Shown: positions 36,320 to 45,421, numbered from the stretch's first letter. The stretch: 64,000 nt of DNA from Candidatus Aldehydirespirator sp. (GCA_965221605.1 CBDCSK010000006.1:757-64756); one strand, 5' to 3'. Notes: a model not told the origin generated them from the letters alone. Numbers and translations: made by a program.

Positions 36320-36870
36320 TTGGGCATAGTACGCCACTCTTTGATTCTGTCCCGCGTCCTCTGCTCCTCGGTCCGGCCGGGTCGCCGGTGCAGCACGTTC
36401 AACGGCGGGAGTCCAGCGGCCCGCCGGTCGAAGTGGCTCTTGATCCGCTGTACCTCGTCGTGGAGGTCCTGCTCCAGCCAGTCGCGAAGGTAGCGCTCCA
36501 TCAGCGGTCCGTAGAAGCCCTTGAACCAGAAGCGATAGCTGTGGGTGACGAGCGATCCGCGGCCGCGCGGCTCCACCACGAAGCCTCCCCGCATCCACAT
36601 GAGGCGATCGGTGAGCCAGGGACCGTCACTCTCGAAGGTGACCGACCGCCACCGGTCGAGCTTGACCGACAGGCGCTGCCTGGGACTGCGGATGCCCCGG
36701 ATCGAGCCCTGGATCACCACATGCCCGGTGCCGTCGGCGCCGAGGGGCGGGTTCTCGTACACCCTGGCGATCTTGCTGTCGAGCGTCCAGTAGGCTTGGA
36801 GGTCGCAGACGAACTCCAGCACGTCCCGCGGTGTGGCGGCCACGTGAACCGAGTTGTGCGCCAGCAGCAC
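36310..36870 (-). CDS. SRPBCC (START/polyketide cyclase-like) family protein
   Basis: 186-aa ORF with a layout typical of SRPBCC ligand-binding proteins (VHVAATPRDVLEFVCDLQAYW...SVTFESDGPW...GSLVTHSYRFWFKG). Confidence 0.6.
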   Translation of the reverse strand: MLLAHNSVHVAATPRDVLEFVCDLQAYWTLDSKIARVYENPPLGADGTGHVVIQGSIRGIRSPRQRLSVKLDRWRSVTFESDGPWLTDRLMWMRGGFVVEPRGRGSLVTHSYRFWFKGFYGPLMERYLRDWLEQDLHDEVQRIKSHFDRRAAGLPPLNVLHRRPGRTEEQRTRDRIKEWRTMPNPW

Positions 36871-36912
36871 CGGCGCCCAACCTAGCCCCCACCGCCCGCG
36901 AGGACCGAGGGG

Positions 36913-39405
36913 CTAGTCGTCCTGGTCTGGGGCGCCGTTGGAGCTGGAGGACTCGGAGCCGGCTGCGGCGCCCGCACCCACCGGGACGGCGACCGCCTCC
37001 ACCAGGCGGCCGGTGATGCCCGAGATCCTGGGCAGCGGCGGCAGCTCCATGCCGCCTATGCGGCGCAGCTCCAGCACCGCGGCGTGGTAGTCCTCCAGAG
37101 CCTTGACCGCCTCGGGGGTGTAGTAGCCCCGGCCGTCGAGGAAGGGACCCACGTCGCGGTCGACGATGGCGCTCACATCCTCGCCGGTGATGGTCTTGTG
37201 GGTCTCCAGAGCGTGGGCCACCGCCAGGACCTCGATGCGGTTGGCCTCCAGCAGGGCCCTGGCTGCGTCGTAGCGGTCGGCCAGCCGCGTCTCGACCTGG
37301 TCTCCGAGCCCGGTGCGCAGCAGCTCCCGCTCGGGGTCCTCGTCGTCGCCCTTGCGCTGCCCCCCGCCGATGCCGAACTGGCGCTGCACCGCGTGGCTGG
37401 CGAAGGTCTCGCCCATGCCCCAGTAGCCGGCCATCATCGTGGCCAGCTGGGTGGCGTTGCGCAGATCCCCGCCAACCCCCGAGGAGTTGTCGTCGCCGAA
37501 GAACATCCGCTCCCCGGCCAGCGACGCCAGCGAGACCTCCAGATCGGACTCGTACTCCGAGCGCCAGTGGGTGAACCGGTCCTCGGGCGGGATGTGCGAC
37601 ACGAAGCCGCCCACGTTGCCCCTGCGCTCGATGGTGGCCAGGTCGATCATGCGGTGGCGGCTGACCCGGTGCAGAGCCACCGCGTGGCAGGCCTCGTGGA
37701 TGGCCAAGGCGTGGCGCTCGTGCTCGACGTAGTCGAAGTCGTCGGCCAGGCCGTGCTCCTTGAGCTGCTTGGCCTTGATCATGTCGGCCCAGGTGATGAC
37801 TCGCCGGCCGTCGCGGATGGCGGTGATGAGGGCCTCGTTCACCATGTCCTTGATGGTCGCGCCGGTGGCGTAGGGGGTGATGGTGGCCAGCTTCTCGATG
37901 TCATCGTCGGTGAGGACGTGCTCGACCTTCTCCAGGTAGCCCTCGTAGGTGCGCTTGCGGCCCTCCTGGGTGGGGTAGCCGACCTTGTAGATGCGATCGA
38001 TGCGGCCCGGCCGCAGCATCGCCGGGTCTAGGGCCTCGGGCAGGTTGGAGGCCATCATCACCAGTATCCGGAACTTCGGCGGCGGCTTGGGTCGCATGCC
38101 CAGCATCTTGCGGACGATCCGGTTGAAGAAGCCCCGGGGCTTCTTGAGGCCCGACAGCTCGGCCAGCAGGGCCTGCAGGGTGCCCATGCCGCCCCCGCCG
38201 CCCATCATCATGATCGACTCCCGCCGGGGTCCGCCCCATTCGCTCCCGCCGTAGGCGCCCATCGAGCCGGCCCGGTCGTAGCCGCCCAGCGCGACCTCCT
38301 GGAGGGCTCGCTGAGCGCCCGCTGACAGGTACGGGTACGAAGAGCCGGGCTCGGTGGCGTCTTTCAGGAACGCCGCGAACCGCTCCGAGCCGAAGCCACC
38401 GCCGTCGCCGACCGCCCCGCCCCGGTTGCCGAGCGCGTCGGCCTCGTCGAAGAAGGCCACCACGCCCCCGTAGCGCAGGGCCAGCTTGCGCAGCTTGCGG
38501 AACAGCCCCTTCACCTTGAGGATGCCCACGCCGAAGAACATGTTCATGAAGGCACCGGGCTCCACGAACACGAACGGCTTGCCGGTCTCGCCCGCGGCGG
38601 CCTCGGCCAGCAGCGTCTTGCCGGTGCCGGGCGGGCCGTACAGCAGGATCCCGCCGGGGGCGTATCCGCCGACCTCCTCGATGGCTTCGGGGTTCTCCAG
38701 GAAGATCAAGTTCTCCCGCACCCGCTCCTTGACCGGGTCCTGGCCCCACACGTCGTCGAAGCGGGTGTCGATGTCGTCGGGGAAGTAGGTCTCGACCCCG
38801 CCCCGGGACAGGAACCAGAACAGCAGCACGAACTGGCTGATCAGCAGCAGCGGGTAGATGATCAGCCGGGCGGCCCACGGAAGCCAGCTGTTGAGAAGGC
38901 CGGGCAGGCCGATGAGAGCCGCCACCGGGTTCTGATCGGTGAACTGGCCGATGATCACGCCGAACAGCAGCAGCCAGAACAGGATCCGGAGCACCCGGGC
39001 GATCCGGAAGCGGATCCACGGGTCCATGCGCGACTTGCGGTTCTCGACCCGGGCGAAGACCTTGAACTTCCAGAACCGGTAGTAGCCCGACCAGTGCTCG
39101 GCCACCACGAAGTGCAGCTGGCGCAGCACCTCCAGCCCGAGCAGCACCCAGACCCAGGCCTGCTTGTCCACGGTCTCCCAGAAGCCGTCGGCCACCGACT
39201 TGATGGGGTTGCCGCTCAGCTTCTGCCACCAGAAGAAGGCGAACAGGATCGAACCCAGGATCAGGTACTTGGAGCGGTCCCAGGGATCGAGCCTTCGCCG
39301 GGTCCTGCGGTCGGCGTCGCGAGGACGCGACGTTGTCGAGCCGAGAGTCATCTCGTGCTCGGCCGACCCGGCCACCGATCGCGAACCCCTGCGCCAGAGC
39401 CTCAC
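36913..39405 (-). CDS. FtsH-like membrane AAA+ zinc metalloprotease, atypical (four N-terminal TM segments, large insertions in the AAA module)
   Basis: Walker A LLYGPPGTGKT, Walker B VAFFDEAD, sensor-1 MMASN, arginine finger region LRPGRIDR, and zinc site HEACHAV. Hydrophobic segments YLILGSILFAFFWW, VWVLLGLEVL, ILFWLLLFGVIIG and IIYPLLLISQFVLLFWFL. GTG 39405 has a GGAGGG SD 10 nt upstream. Confidence 0.8.
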   Translation of the reverse strand: MRLWRRGSRSVAGSAEHEMTLGSTTSRPRDADRRTRRRLDPWDRSKYLILGSILFAFFWWQKLSGNPIKSVADGFWETVDKQAWVWVLLGLEVLRQLHFVVAEHWSGYYRFWKFKVFARVENRKSRMDPWIRFRIARVLRILFWLLLFGVIIGQFTDQNPVAALIGLPGLLNSWLPWAARLIIYPLLLISQFVLLFWFLSRGGVETYFPDDIDTRFDDVWGQDPVKERVRENLIFLENPEAIEEVGGYAPGGILLYGPPGTGKTLLAEAAAGETGKPFVFVEPGAFMNMFFGVGILKVKGLFRKLRKLALRYGGVVAFFDEADALGNRGGAVGDGGGFGSERFAAFLKDATEPGSSYPYLSAGAQRALQEVALGGYDRAGSMGAYGGSEWGGPRRESIMMMGGGGGMGTLQALLAELSGLKKPRGFFNRIVRKMLGMRPKPPPKFRILVMMASNLPEALDPAMLRPGRIDRIYKVGYPTQEGRKRTYEGYLEKVEHVLTDDDIEKLATITPYATGATIKDMVNEALITAIRDGRRVITWADMIKAKQLKEHGLADDFDYVEHERHALAIHEACHAVALHRVSRHRMIDLATIERRGNVGGFVSHIPPEDRFTHWRSEYESDLEVSLASLAGERMFFGDDNSSGVGGDLRNATQLATMMAGYWGMGETFASHAVQRQFGIGGGQRKGDDEDPERELLRTGLGDQVETRLADRYDAARALLEANRIEVLAVAHALETHKTITGEDVSAIVDRDVGPFLDGRGYYTPEAVKALEDYHAAVLELRRIGGMELPPLPRISGITGRLVEAVAVPVGAGAAAGSESSSSNGAPDQDD

Positions 39406-39409
39406 CGTC

Positions 39410-40018
39410 TCAGCCCTCCACCGTGAACGTGCTCATGACCTCTTCGATCAGCGTGGCGTTGTCCCGGTAGCAGCCGACGCTGCACCGGAGGTCGACGCTG
39501 TAGACCACGCTGTTGATGCTGTCGGTCAGGACCAGCCGGTCGCCCATCAGCTCGCGGCCGTCCTCGGTGACCTCCTTCCAGATGAAGCGGTGACCTGAGA
39601 CGTCGCCGACGGTCACGAGGTGGTGAAGCAGCTGCTCCACCCCCTCCTGCTCGCCGGACACCTCCGGGAAGAAGAACGTGAGCGGCAGCCTCTCCTGGAT
39701 GCGCCGATCGACGGGCTGGATCTCCACGGATCCCTTCACGTAGTCGGACGAGCCCCGGACGCTGCCGGGAGCCGCGTCGAACTCGGCCCGCCAGGGCAGC
39801 ACGAACTCGCCGGGGATCGGCTGGATGTCGTCGTCGGGCGTGAGGGCGAAGTTGACGGTCCCCTCGGACACGACGCTCCAGTCCTCGGGGATCTTGAGAA
39901 AGACGGTGTCGTCAGCGTTCTCGACGTACTGGTATCCCGAACGGCCGCATCCCGCGAGCAGCACCGCCGCGGCGATCAGCGCCAGCGGTGCGACACGTGC
40001 CCACACCGGGAGCCTCAT
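39410..40018 (-). CDS. lipoprotein of unknown function, 4 nt upstream of the FtsH-like gene
   Basis: MRLPVWARVAPLALIAAAVLLAGCG is a signal peptide plus canonical lipobox. Start set to ATG 40018 inside track ORF 39410..40048. Confidence 0.65.
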   Translation of the reverse strand: MRLPVWARVAPLALIAAAVLLAGCGRSGYQYVENADDTVFLKIPEDWSVVSEGTVNFALTPDDDIQPIPGEFVLPWRAEFDAAPGSVRGSSDYVKGSVEIQPVDRRIQERLPLTFFFPEVSGEQEGVEQLLHHLVTVGDVSGHRFIWKEVTEDGRELMGDRLVLTDSINSVVYSVDLRCSVGCYRDNATLIEEVMSTFTVEG

Positions 40019-40074
40019 GCCTCTATTCAACCGCATTCTCGGCTCCAATACGACCGCGGCGGGACGCTCGGCCT

Positions 40075-41514
40075 CTAGCGGTCGATCCAGGCAGCCCTCA
40101 ACGGCTCCAGGCCTGCGGCGGTGGCCACACGCTCGGCAGCCTCCCGCGCCTTGGCCATCACCTCATCCTGGTCGACGAGGGTGGGCCGGCCCCGGCGCAC
40201 AACCACATCGCCGTCCACGACCACGTCGCGCACGTCGGAGCCGTGGCCCACCAGGGCGAGCATGGCCACCGGCCGGTGCGCCGGCTGGAATCTCGGCGAT
40301 TGGAGGTCGATCACCACCAGATCGGCCAGCGCACCCTCGGAGACGACCCCCGCGGGCTTGCCCAGCACCCGGGCCCCGTGCCGGCACACCAGCTCGAGCA
40401 GCTGCTCGGCGGGAGGCCATGTGGGATCCATGCGGGCCAGTCGATGAAGGCCATAGGCCGACTTCATGGCCTCGAACATGCTCTGACCGCTTACGGCCAG
40501 GCCGTCGGTGCCCAACCCCACGGTGGCGCCCGCGTCGACGAGCTCGCGCAGCCGCATCGCCCCCGATGAGATCACCTGGTTGCACACCGGCTGGTGCAAC
40601 GCGCACGCCCGGGAGTCCCCCATGGCGGCCACCTCGTCGTCGTCGAGCCAGATGGCGTGGGCCAGGGTGGCCCGCGGCCCGAGCAGGCCGGCCCGGCTGA
40701 GCCACTCGACCGGCCGCTCGCCGTGCACCTCGCCGAAGATCACGACCTCCTCCTGGGCCTCGCTGCAGTGCGCCTGCCAGCGCAGGTCGCGCCGCTCGGC
40801 CAGGTCGGCGCACGCCGCGATCAGGTCCCGGTCGACGTAGACGACGTTCTCGGGCATGGGCCAGACCTCGACGCGGGAGCCGGGAGGGCGCTGCTCGAGG
40901 CACTCGTCGAGTATCTCCAACTCCTCGGAGGCGGTGTAGGCGTGCAGATCGTCGGGCACACCCATGCGGTCGCTGCCCTCGACGCGGCTGCCGAACACCC
41001 CGCGGGCGATGGCTCCCCTCAGCCCGACGCTCTCCACCGACTCGGCCACGGCCAGCGTGGTGGCCGTGTCGGTGGGGGCATAGTGGTTGTCGACGACCGC
41101 GGTGGTCCCCGCCAGGACCGACATCAGGGAGCTCAACCTCACTGCGGCCACCACATCGGCGGTGGTCATGTGCACCGCCATCGGGAGCATGAAGTCAGCC
41201 AGCCAGGCCATCAGCTCGAGCCCGTCGCCCAGCCCCCGGCCCAGGACCTGGAACAGGTGGGTGTGGGTGTCGATCAGCCCGGGCATCACCAGGCACCCCG
41301 AGGCGTCGATCCGCTCGGTTGCCTCCGGGAAAGACGCCTTGATCTCGCCTGCGGAGCCCGCGGCGGCGATCTTGTTGCCCACCACCGCCACCGATCCGTC
41401 GTCGATCACCGGACGGTGAGCGTCGAGGGTCACGACATAGGCGCCCTCGATGATCAGGTCGGCTCGCCCGTCCGGGGACGGGCCCGCGGCGCCGGAAGCC
41501 TGCGAGTCAGACAT
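40075..41514 (-). CDS. amidohydrolase (aminohydrolase/deaminase, SsnA/MTA-SAH deaminase-like)
   Basis: PGLIDTHTHLFQ (HxH), ...WQAHCSE..., and VGLGTDG (metal-ligand Asp context). Confidence 0.8.
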   Translation of the reverse strand: MSDSQASGAAGPSPDGRADLIIEGAYVVTLDAHRPVIDDGSVAVVGNKIAAAGSAGEIKASFPEATERIDASGCLVMPGLIDTHTHLFQVLGRGLGDGLELMAWLADFMLPMAVHMTTADVVAAVRLSSLMSVLAGTTAVVDNHYAPTDTATTLAVAESVESVGLRGAIARGVFGSRVEGSDRMGVPDDLHAYTASEELEILDECLEQRPPGSRVEVWPMPENVVYVDRDLIAACADLAERRDLRWQAHCSEAQEEVVIFGEVHGERPVEWLSRAGLLGPRATLAHAIWLDDDEVAAMGDSRACALHQPVCNQVISSGAMRLRELVDAGATVGLGTDGLAVSGQSMFEAMKSAYGLHRLARMDPTWPPAEQLLELVCRHGARVLGKPAGVVSEGALADLVVIDLQSPRFQPAHRPVAMLALVGHGSDVRDVVVDGDVVVRRGRPTLVDQDEVMAKAREAAERVATAAGLEPLRAAWIDR

Positions 41515-42373
41515 CGGCCGCAGCTACGGCGTCGGCCAGGCGGTCCACCTGGGAAAGGTCGGCCATGGTGGGAATGAACACGTACTCGTCCACGCCGATG
41601 GCTGCGAAGTCCCGCACCGCCGCGGTCACGTCGGCGGCGTCGCGGTAGGCGCCCTCGGCGAACATGCGGGCCCGGTCGCCCTGGTAGCCGTAATAGTCCA
41701 GAAGGTAGTCGACGTTGGAGTCCTCGCCGAGGGCGAAGTAGTGCATCACCATGATGGTGGGCGAGCCCTCGCGGCCTGCCTCTTGCCACGCGGCCCGCAC
41801 CCGCTCGGCGCTCTCGTGAGTCTCGTCGGGGCCTCTCGAGGAGACGCTCCAACCGACGCCGTGGCGCACGATGCGTCCGATGGCCGCATCCAGGCTGCCG
41901 CCGAAGAAGACGGGCACCGCGCCGTGGCGAACGGGCGGCAGGGTCGACGGCCGTGACCGGCCCCCGGCGGGCCGGCCCCGCCATTCGGCGTGCATGGCCT
42001 CCAGGTCGGCATCGAGGCGGCGGCCCCGGGTGTGAAAGTCACGGCCGGTGGCCTCGTAGTCGTCGGTGCGGCGACCAACGCCGATGCCCAGCATGAAGCG
42101 GCCGCCGCTGATCTGGTCCACCGACGCGGCCTGCTTGGCCACCATCGGCGCGCTGCGAACCGGAGCCAGCAGCACGTTGGTGCGCAGACCGATGCGGCTG
42201 GTCACGGCCGCGGCCGCAGCCATGGCGGTCATCGACTCGAATCCGGGGTACACGATCCGGTCGATGGAGGTCAGAGCGTCGAATCCGGCCTCCTCGGCCC
42301 GGCGGGCCCAGGCCAGCAGCAACTCGCCGCTGGTGCGGTTGGTGGTGACCGGCAGCCCGATGCCGACTCTCAT
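41507..42373 (-). CDS. LLM class (luciferase-like) oxidoreductase
   Basis: MRVGIGLPV...AEEAGFDALTSIDRIVYP...SGGRFMLGIGVG. It overlaps the downstream amidohydrolase by 8 nt. Confidence 0.8.
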   Translation of the reverse strand: MRVGIGLPVTTNRTSGELLLAWARRAEEAGFDALTSIDRIVYPGFESMTAMAAAAAVTSRIGLRTNVLLAPVRSAPMVAKQAASVDQISGGRFMLGIGVGRRTDDYEATGRDFHTRGRRLDADLEAMHAEWRGRPAGGRSRPSTLPPVRHGAVPVFFGGSLDAAIGRIVRHGVGWSVSSRGPDETHESAERVRAAWQEAGREGSPTIMVMHYFALGEDSNVDYLLDYYGYQGDRARMFAEGAYRDAADVTAAVRDFAAIGVDEYVFIPTMADLSQVDRLADAVAAADV

Positions 42374-42433
42374 TCCGGTGCCTCCTGATCTGATCGGTGG
42401 GTGTCGTTCTGCGGTTCGGGGTCTTTCAGCTGG

Positions 42434-44287
42434 TCAGGCGCCGACGGTGGCGACGGCGGCCGACTCCTCCTGGCGCATGCGGTCGGCGACGCCCCGGGCC
42501 TGAAGCTCGGCGGTCAGCTCGGGCACCACCGTCTGCCAGTCGCCGACCAGGCCGATGTCGACCTGGTCGAAGATCTCGGCGTCGGGGTTGGAGTTGACGG
42601 CCATGAGCACCCCGGCGTTGCGGATGCCGACGGTGTGGTTGAACCGGCCACTGGAACCGACCGCCACCAGCAGCCGGGGCGACACCGCATGACCGGTGAC
42701 CCCGATCTGGCGACCGCGGGGCACCCAGCCCTGGTCGGTGACCCTGCGGGTGGCGCCCAGGGCGGCGTTCCCGAGCGCGGCCCGCAGGTCGTCGATCACC
42801 GGGTAGCCGTCGGGTTCGACCCCCACGCCCACGGCCACCACGGTGCGGGCCCGGCGCAGCTCGCCGGTGTCGTCGTCGTCACGCTCGACCGCCACCGTGC
42901 GGATCCGGGCGGGTGCGGGCGCCGGAAGCATCTCGACCTCGGGATCGTGAGCGTCGACCCGGGGCGGTCGCAACGCCAGGACGCCGGGCCGGACCGTGGC
43001 CATCTGCACCGGTGAACGCGAAAGGATCGGCACCTGGAGACGCCCACCGAACGCGGGCTTCCAGGCCACCAGACGACCGTCGGGGCTGACCTCCAGCCCG
43101 ACCGCGTCACCGGTGAGCCCCCAGCCGCAGCGCGCGGCCACGATGGAGGCCACCACCCGCCCGGAGCGGGTTCCCTCCACCAGCAGCGCCCACGGCAGGC
43201 TGCGGGCTGCAGCCGCGGCCAGGGCGTCGGCCTGCTCGGAGGGCTCCGATGCCGATCCGATCACCAGCAGCCGGTCGGCGCCCGCCGCCCCCAGACCCAG
43301 CGTGTTGGCGGCGTTGGCGGCGGTGGTGACCGCGGTCACGGTCCCCGAGATCCAGGCAGCCAGCTCGGCCGCCTCCCCCAGCAGCTCGGCACCCACCCCC
43401 GGATCGGTGAAGAAGCACCACACCGACCGCTCACCCCCGGGGTGGTGCCCGTCGCCGCCGGCGGCCAGCAGAGCGGCACTGGCCCGTGACGCGTCCTGTG
43501 CGCTCTCGTCTTCCGGTTCGGGCTGGTCGGAGAAGGCGCCGAACTCCTCGAGCAGGTCCACCGCGTGGGCGACCGAGGTGACTCGCAGGGCCTTCCGGCT
43601 GGCGGTCAGCACCCGGATGGGGCCCACCGATGTGGGTGAGCCCGCCGCGCCGAGCTGTTCGGGGGGCACGTCCAGGTCGGCTGCGGTGAGCCTCAGGATG
43701 CGGTCGTCGGCCACCGCGGCGTACTCCTCCGGCGACGCCTTGGACGGCGCGCAGAGCCGCTCCGCGGTGGACAGCGCGGCAGGCAGCTCGCCGGTGACGG
43801 TGCAGTACCCGTCGTCGGTCTCCAGCTTCGCCGTGAAGGCACCGCCGGTCACATCCAGCTCGCGCACCCCGGCCGCGAAGGGCAGGTCCAGGAACTCGGC
43901 CACCTCGACGGGAACCTGGCCGGTGTCGGAGTCGAGCGAGTTGAGGCCGGCCAGCACCAGATCGAAGGGTCCCTCGTGCCGGATGGCCGCGGCCAGCGCC
44001 GCTGCCGTTGCCAGCGTGTCGGCACCGGCGAGAGCCGGATCGCACAGGTGCACTCCCCGGTGGGCGCCGCAGGCGATCATCTCCCGCAGGGCGTCGGCGG
44101 CCGCGGGCGGCCCCATGGTGAACACCACGACCTCGCCTCCGGGTCCGGCCAGCTCCACGGCCTTGGCGTTTGCCCTCCGGCAGTAGGCGTTGACCTCCAG
44201 CGGTACACCGTCTCGCACCAGGCGCCCGTCCTGCATCCGGAACTCGACCGGGGCAGGGATCTGCTTGACCAGAACGGCGATCCTCAT
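42434..44287 (-). CDS. fused electron transfer flavoprotein beta-alpha (EtfB-EtfA in one 617-aa polypeptide)
   Basis: The N-terminus MRIAVLVKQIPAP...VNAYCRRANAKAVEL is EtfB-like. The C-terminus GATRRVTDQGWVPRGRQIGVTGHAVSPRLLVAVGSSGRFNHTVGIRNAGVLMAVNSNPDAEIF is the EtfA FAD-binding signature. The frame between them is continuous. ATG 44287 lies 7 nt downstream of TATACA. Confidence 0.8.
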   Translation of the reverse strand: MRIAVLVKQIPAPVEFRMQDGRLVRDGVPLEVNAYCRRANAKAVELAGPGGEVVVFTMGPPAAADALREMIACGAHRGVHLCDPALAGADTLATAAALAAAIRHEGPFDLVLAGLNSLDSDTGQVPVEVAEFLDLPFAAGVRELDVTGGAFTAKLETDDGYCTVTGELPAALSTAERLCAPSKASPEEYAAVADDRILRLTAADLDVPPEQLGAAGSPTSVGPIRVLTASRKALRVTSVAHAVDLLEEFGAFSDQPEPEDESAQDASRASAALLAAGGDGHHPGGERSVWCFFTDPGVGAELLGEAAELAAWISGTVTAVTTAANAANTLGLGAAGADRLLVIGSASEPSEQADALAAAAARSLPWALLVEGTRSGRVVASIVAARCGWGLTGDAVGLEVSPDGRLVAWKPAFGGRLQVPILSRSPVQMATVRPGVLALRPPRVDAHDPEVEMLPAPAPARIRTVAVERDDDDTGELRRARTVVAVGVGVEPDGYPVIDDLRAALGNAALGATRRVTDQGWVPRGRQIGVTGHAVSPRLLVAVGSSGRFNHTVGIRNAGVLMAVNSNPDAEIFDQVDIGLVGDWQTVVPELTAELQARGVADRMRQEESAAVATVGA

Positions 44288-44294
44288 GCCGCCC

Positions 44295-44302
44295 TGTATA
44301 CC
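44295..44302 (-). promoter_or_regulatory. GGTATACA box, candidate leaderless promoter of the fused ETF gene
   Basis: The minus strand reads ACGGTATACA-GGGCGGC-ATG, 7 nt to start codon 44287. Confidence 0.5.
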
Positions 44303-44363
44303 GTCTGAGCCGCCCAATCCTGCCACCGGGCAGGCAGGTAGGTCGACCGTCCCGCTCACTGCC

Positions 44364-44434
44364 TCCCGCTCTTGTTCGCTTCGCTCACGGGCCGCCCAGA
44401 TCCAGGGAACAGCGCCCACGGCCTCGCCCGTATG
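44364..44434. repeat. interspersed intergenic repeat, copy A
   Basis: TCCCGCTCTTGTTCGCTTCGCTCACGGGCCGC ... CCACGGCCTCGCCCGTATG. It shares two blocks of 32 nt (one mismatch) and 19 nt (identical) with 60015-60070, but has a 20-nt spacer where copy B has 5 nt. Confidence 0.8.
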
Positions 44435-44462
44435 GTCCAGATCCGCGGCCGCCCACTCGGCC

Positions 44463-45233
44463 TCAGTAGCCGATCACTGCGCCCCCGTCGACCCGCACCA
44501 CCGAGCCGGTCACGAAGCTGGCCCGGGCGCTGCACAGGAACACGATCACGTCGGCCAGCTCCGAGGCGTGCCCGAACCGGCCCATCGGGATGGACGCCCG
44601 ATGACGGTCCCGCACCGCTTCCGGGGTGGTGCCCTCGGCCGCGGCACGGGCCGCCTGGGCCCGGGCAAGGGCACCGGTATCGAACTGGCCGGGGACCACC
44701 ACGTTCACCAGCACCTCGGGGGCCAACTCGAGAGCCAGCGAGCGGGCAGCGGCGGCCACCCCGCTGCGGAACACCCCCGACAGGGCCAGCTCCGGTGAGG
44801 CCTCAACCACCGACCGGGCGGTGATGCAGACGAGGCGCCCGTCGCCGCTCGCACGCAGATGGGGAATGGCCGCCCGGGTCGCGGCCAGCGCGGGCCGCAG
44901 CATCCGCTCATAGGCGGCCACCTCGTCGTCGGCCGACACCTCGGTCATGCCGCCCGGCGTGCCGCCGGAGGTGTTGACCACGCAGATGTCGAGGCCGCCG
45001 AGGCCCGACGCAGCCTCCTCCACCATGCGGGCCGGCTCGCCCACAACAGTCAGGTCGCCAGACACGGCAACGGCACCGGGCAGCGAGGCCGCGATCTCAG
45101 CCGCCAACTCCGCCCGCCGGCCCGAGATCGCCACCCGTGCACCCTCGGCCGTCAGCATCTCCGCGGTGGCCCGCCCCAGCCCCGCAGTCGAGCCGAACAC
45201 CAGCGCCCTACGGCCCGCCAGACCCAGATCCAT
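44463..45233 (-). CDS. SDR family oxidoreductase
   Basis: RRALVFGSTAGLGRA cofactor motif. Overall SDR length. Start set to ATG 45233. Confidence 0.8.
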   Translation of the reverse strand: MDLGLAGRRALVFGSTAGLGRATAEMLTAEGARVAISGRRAELAAEIAASLPGAVAVSGDLTVVGEPARMVEEAASGLGGLDICVVNTSGGTPGGMTEVSADDEVAAYERMLRPALAATRAAIPHLRASGDGRLVCITARSVVEASPELALSGVFRSGVAAAARSLALELAPEVLVNVVVPGQFDTGALARAQAARAAAEGTTPEAVRDRHRASIPMGRFGHASELADVIVFLCSARASFVTGSVVRVDGGAVIGY

Positions 45234-45310
45234 GGGCCGGAGGGTAACGGCCCCAATCAACCCGGCCCGAGTCGGCGGGCGGCTGGGGAGCTATCCGACA
45301 CCTCCACGAT

Positions 45311-45371
45311 CAACCCAAGGTTCTTTGGGTTGCCACCGTTTAACCCAAAGAAATGTGCAGTTTCTTTGGGT
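45311..45371. promoter_or_regulatory. two adjacent palindromes sharing the half-site ACCCAA(A/G)G (candidate operator pair)
   Basis: The first is CAACCCAA-ggttct-TTGGGTTG (45311-45332). The second is ACCCAAAGAAA-tgtgcag-TTTCTTTGGGT (45343-45371) with perfect 11-bp arms. Both lie in the divergent intergenic region between the SDR and RidA genes. Confidence 0.6.
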
Positions 45372-45421
45372 CAGATGACGAGCGCCGAGTCGGCGGGTTA
45401 CGGGATGGGGGCTGTAGGGTC

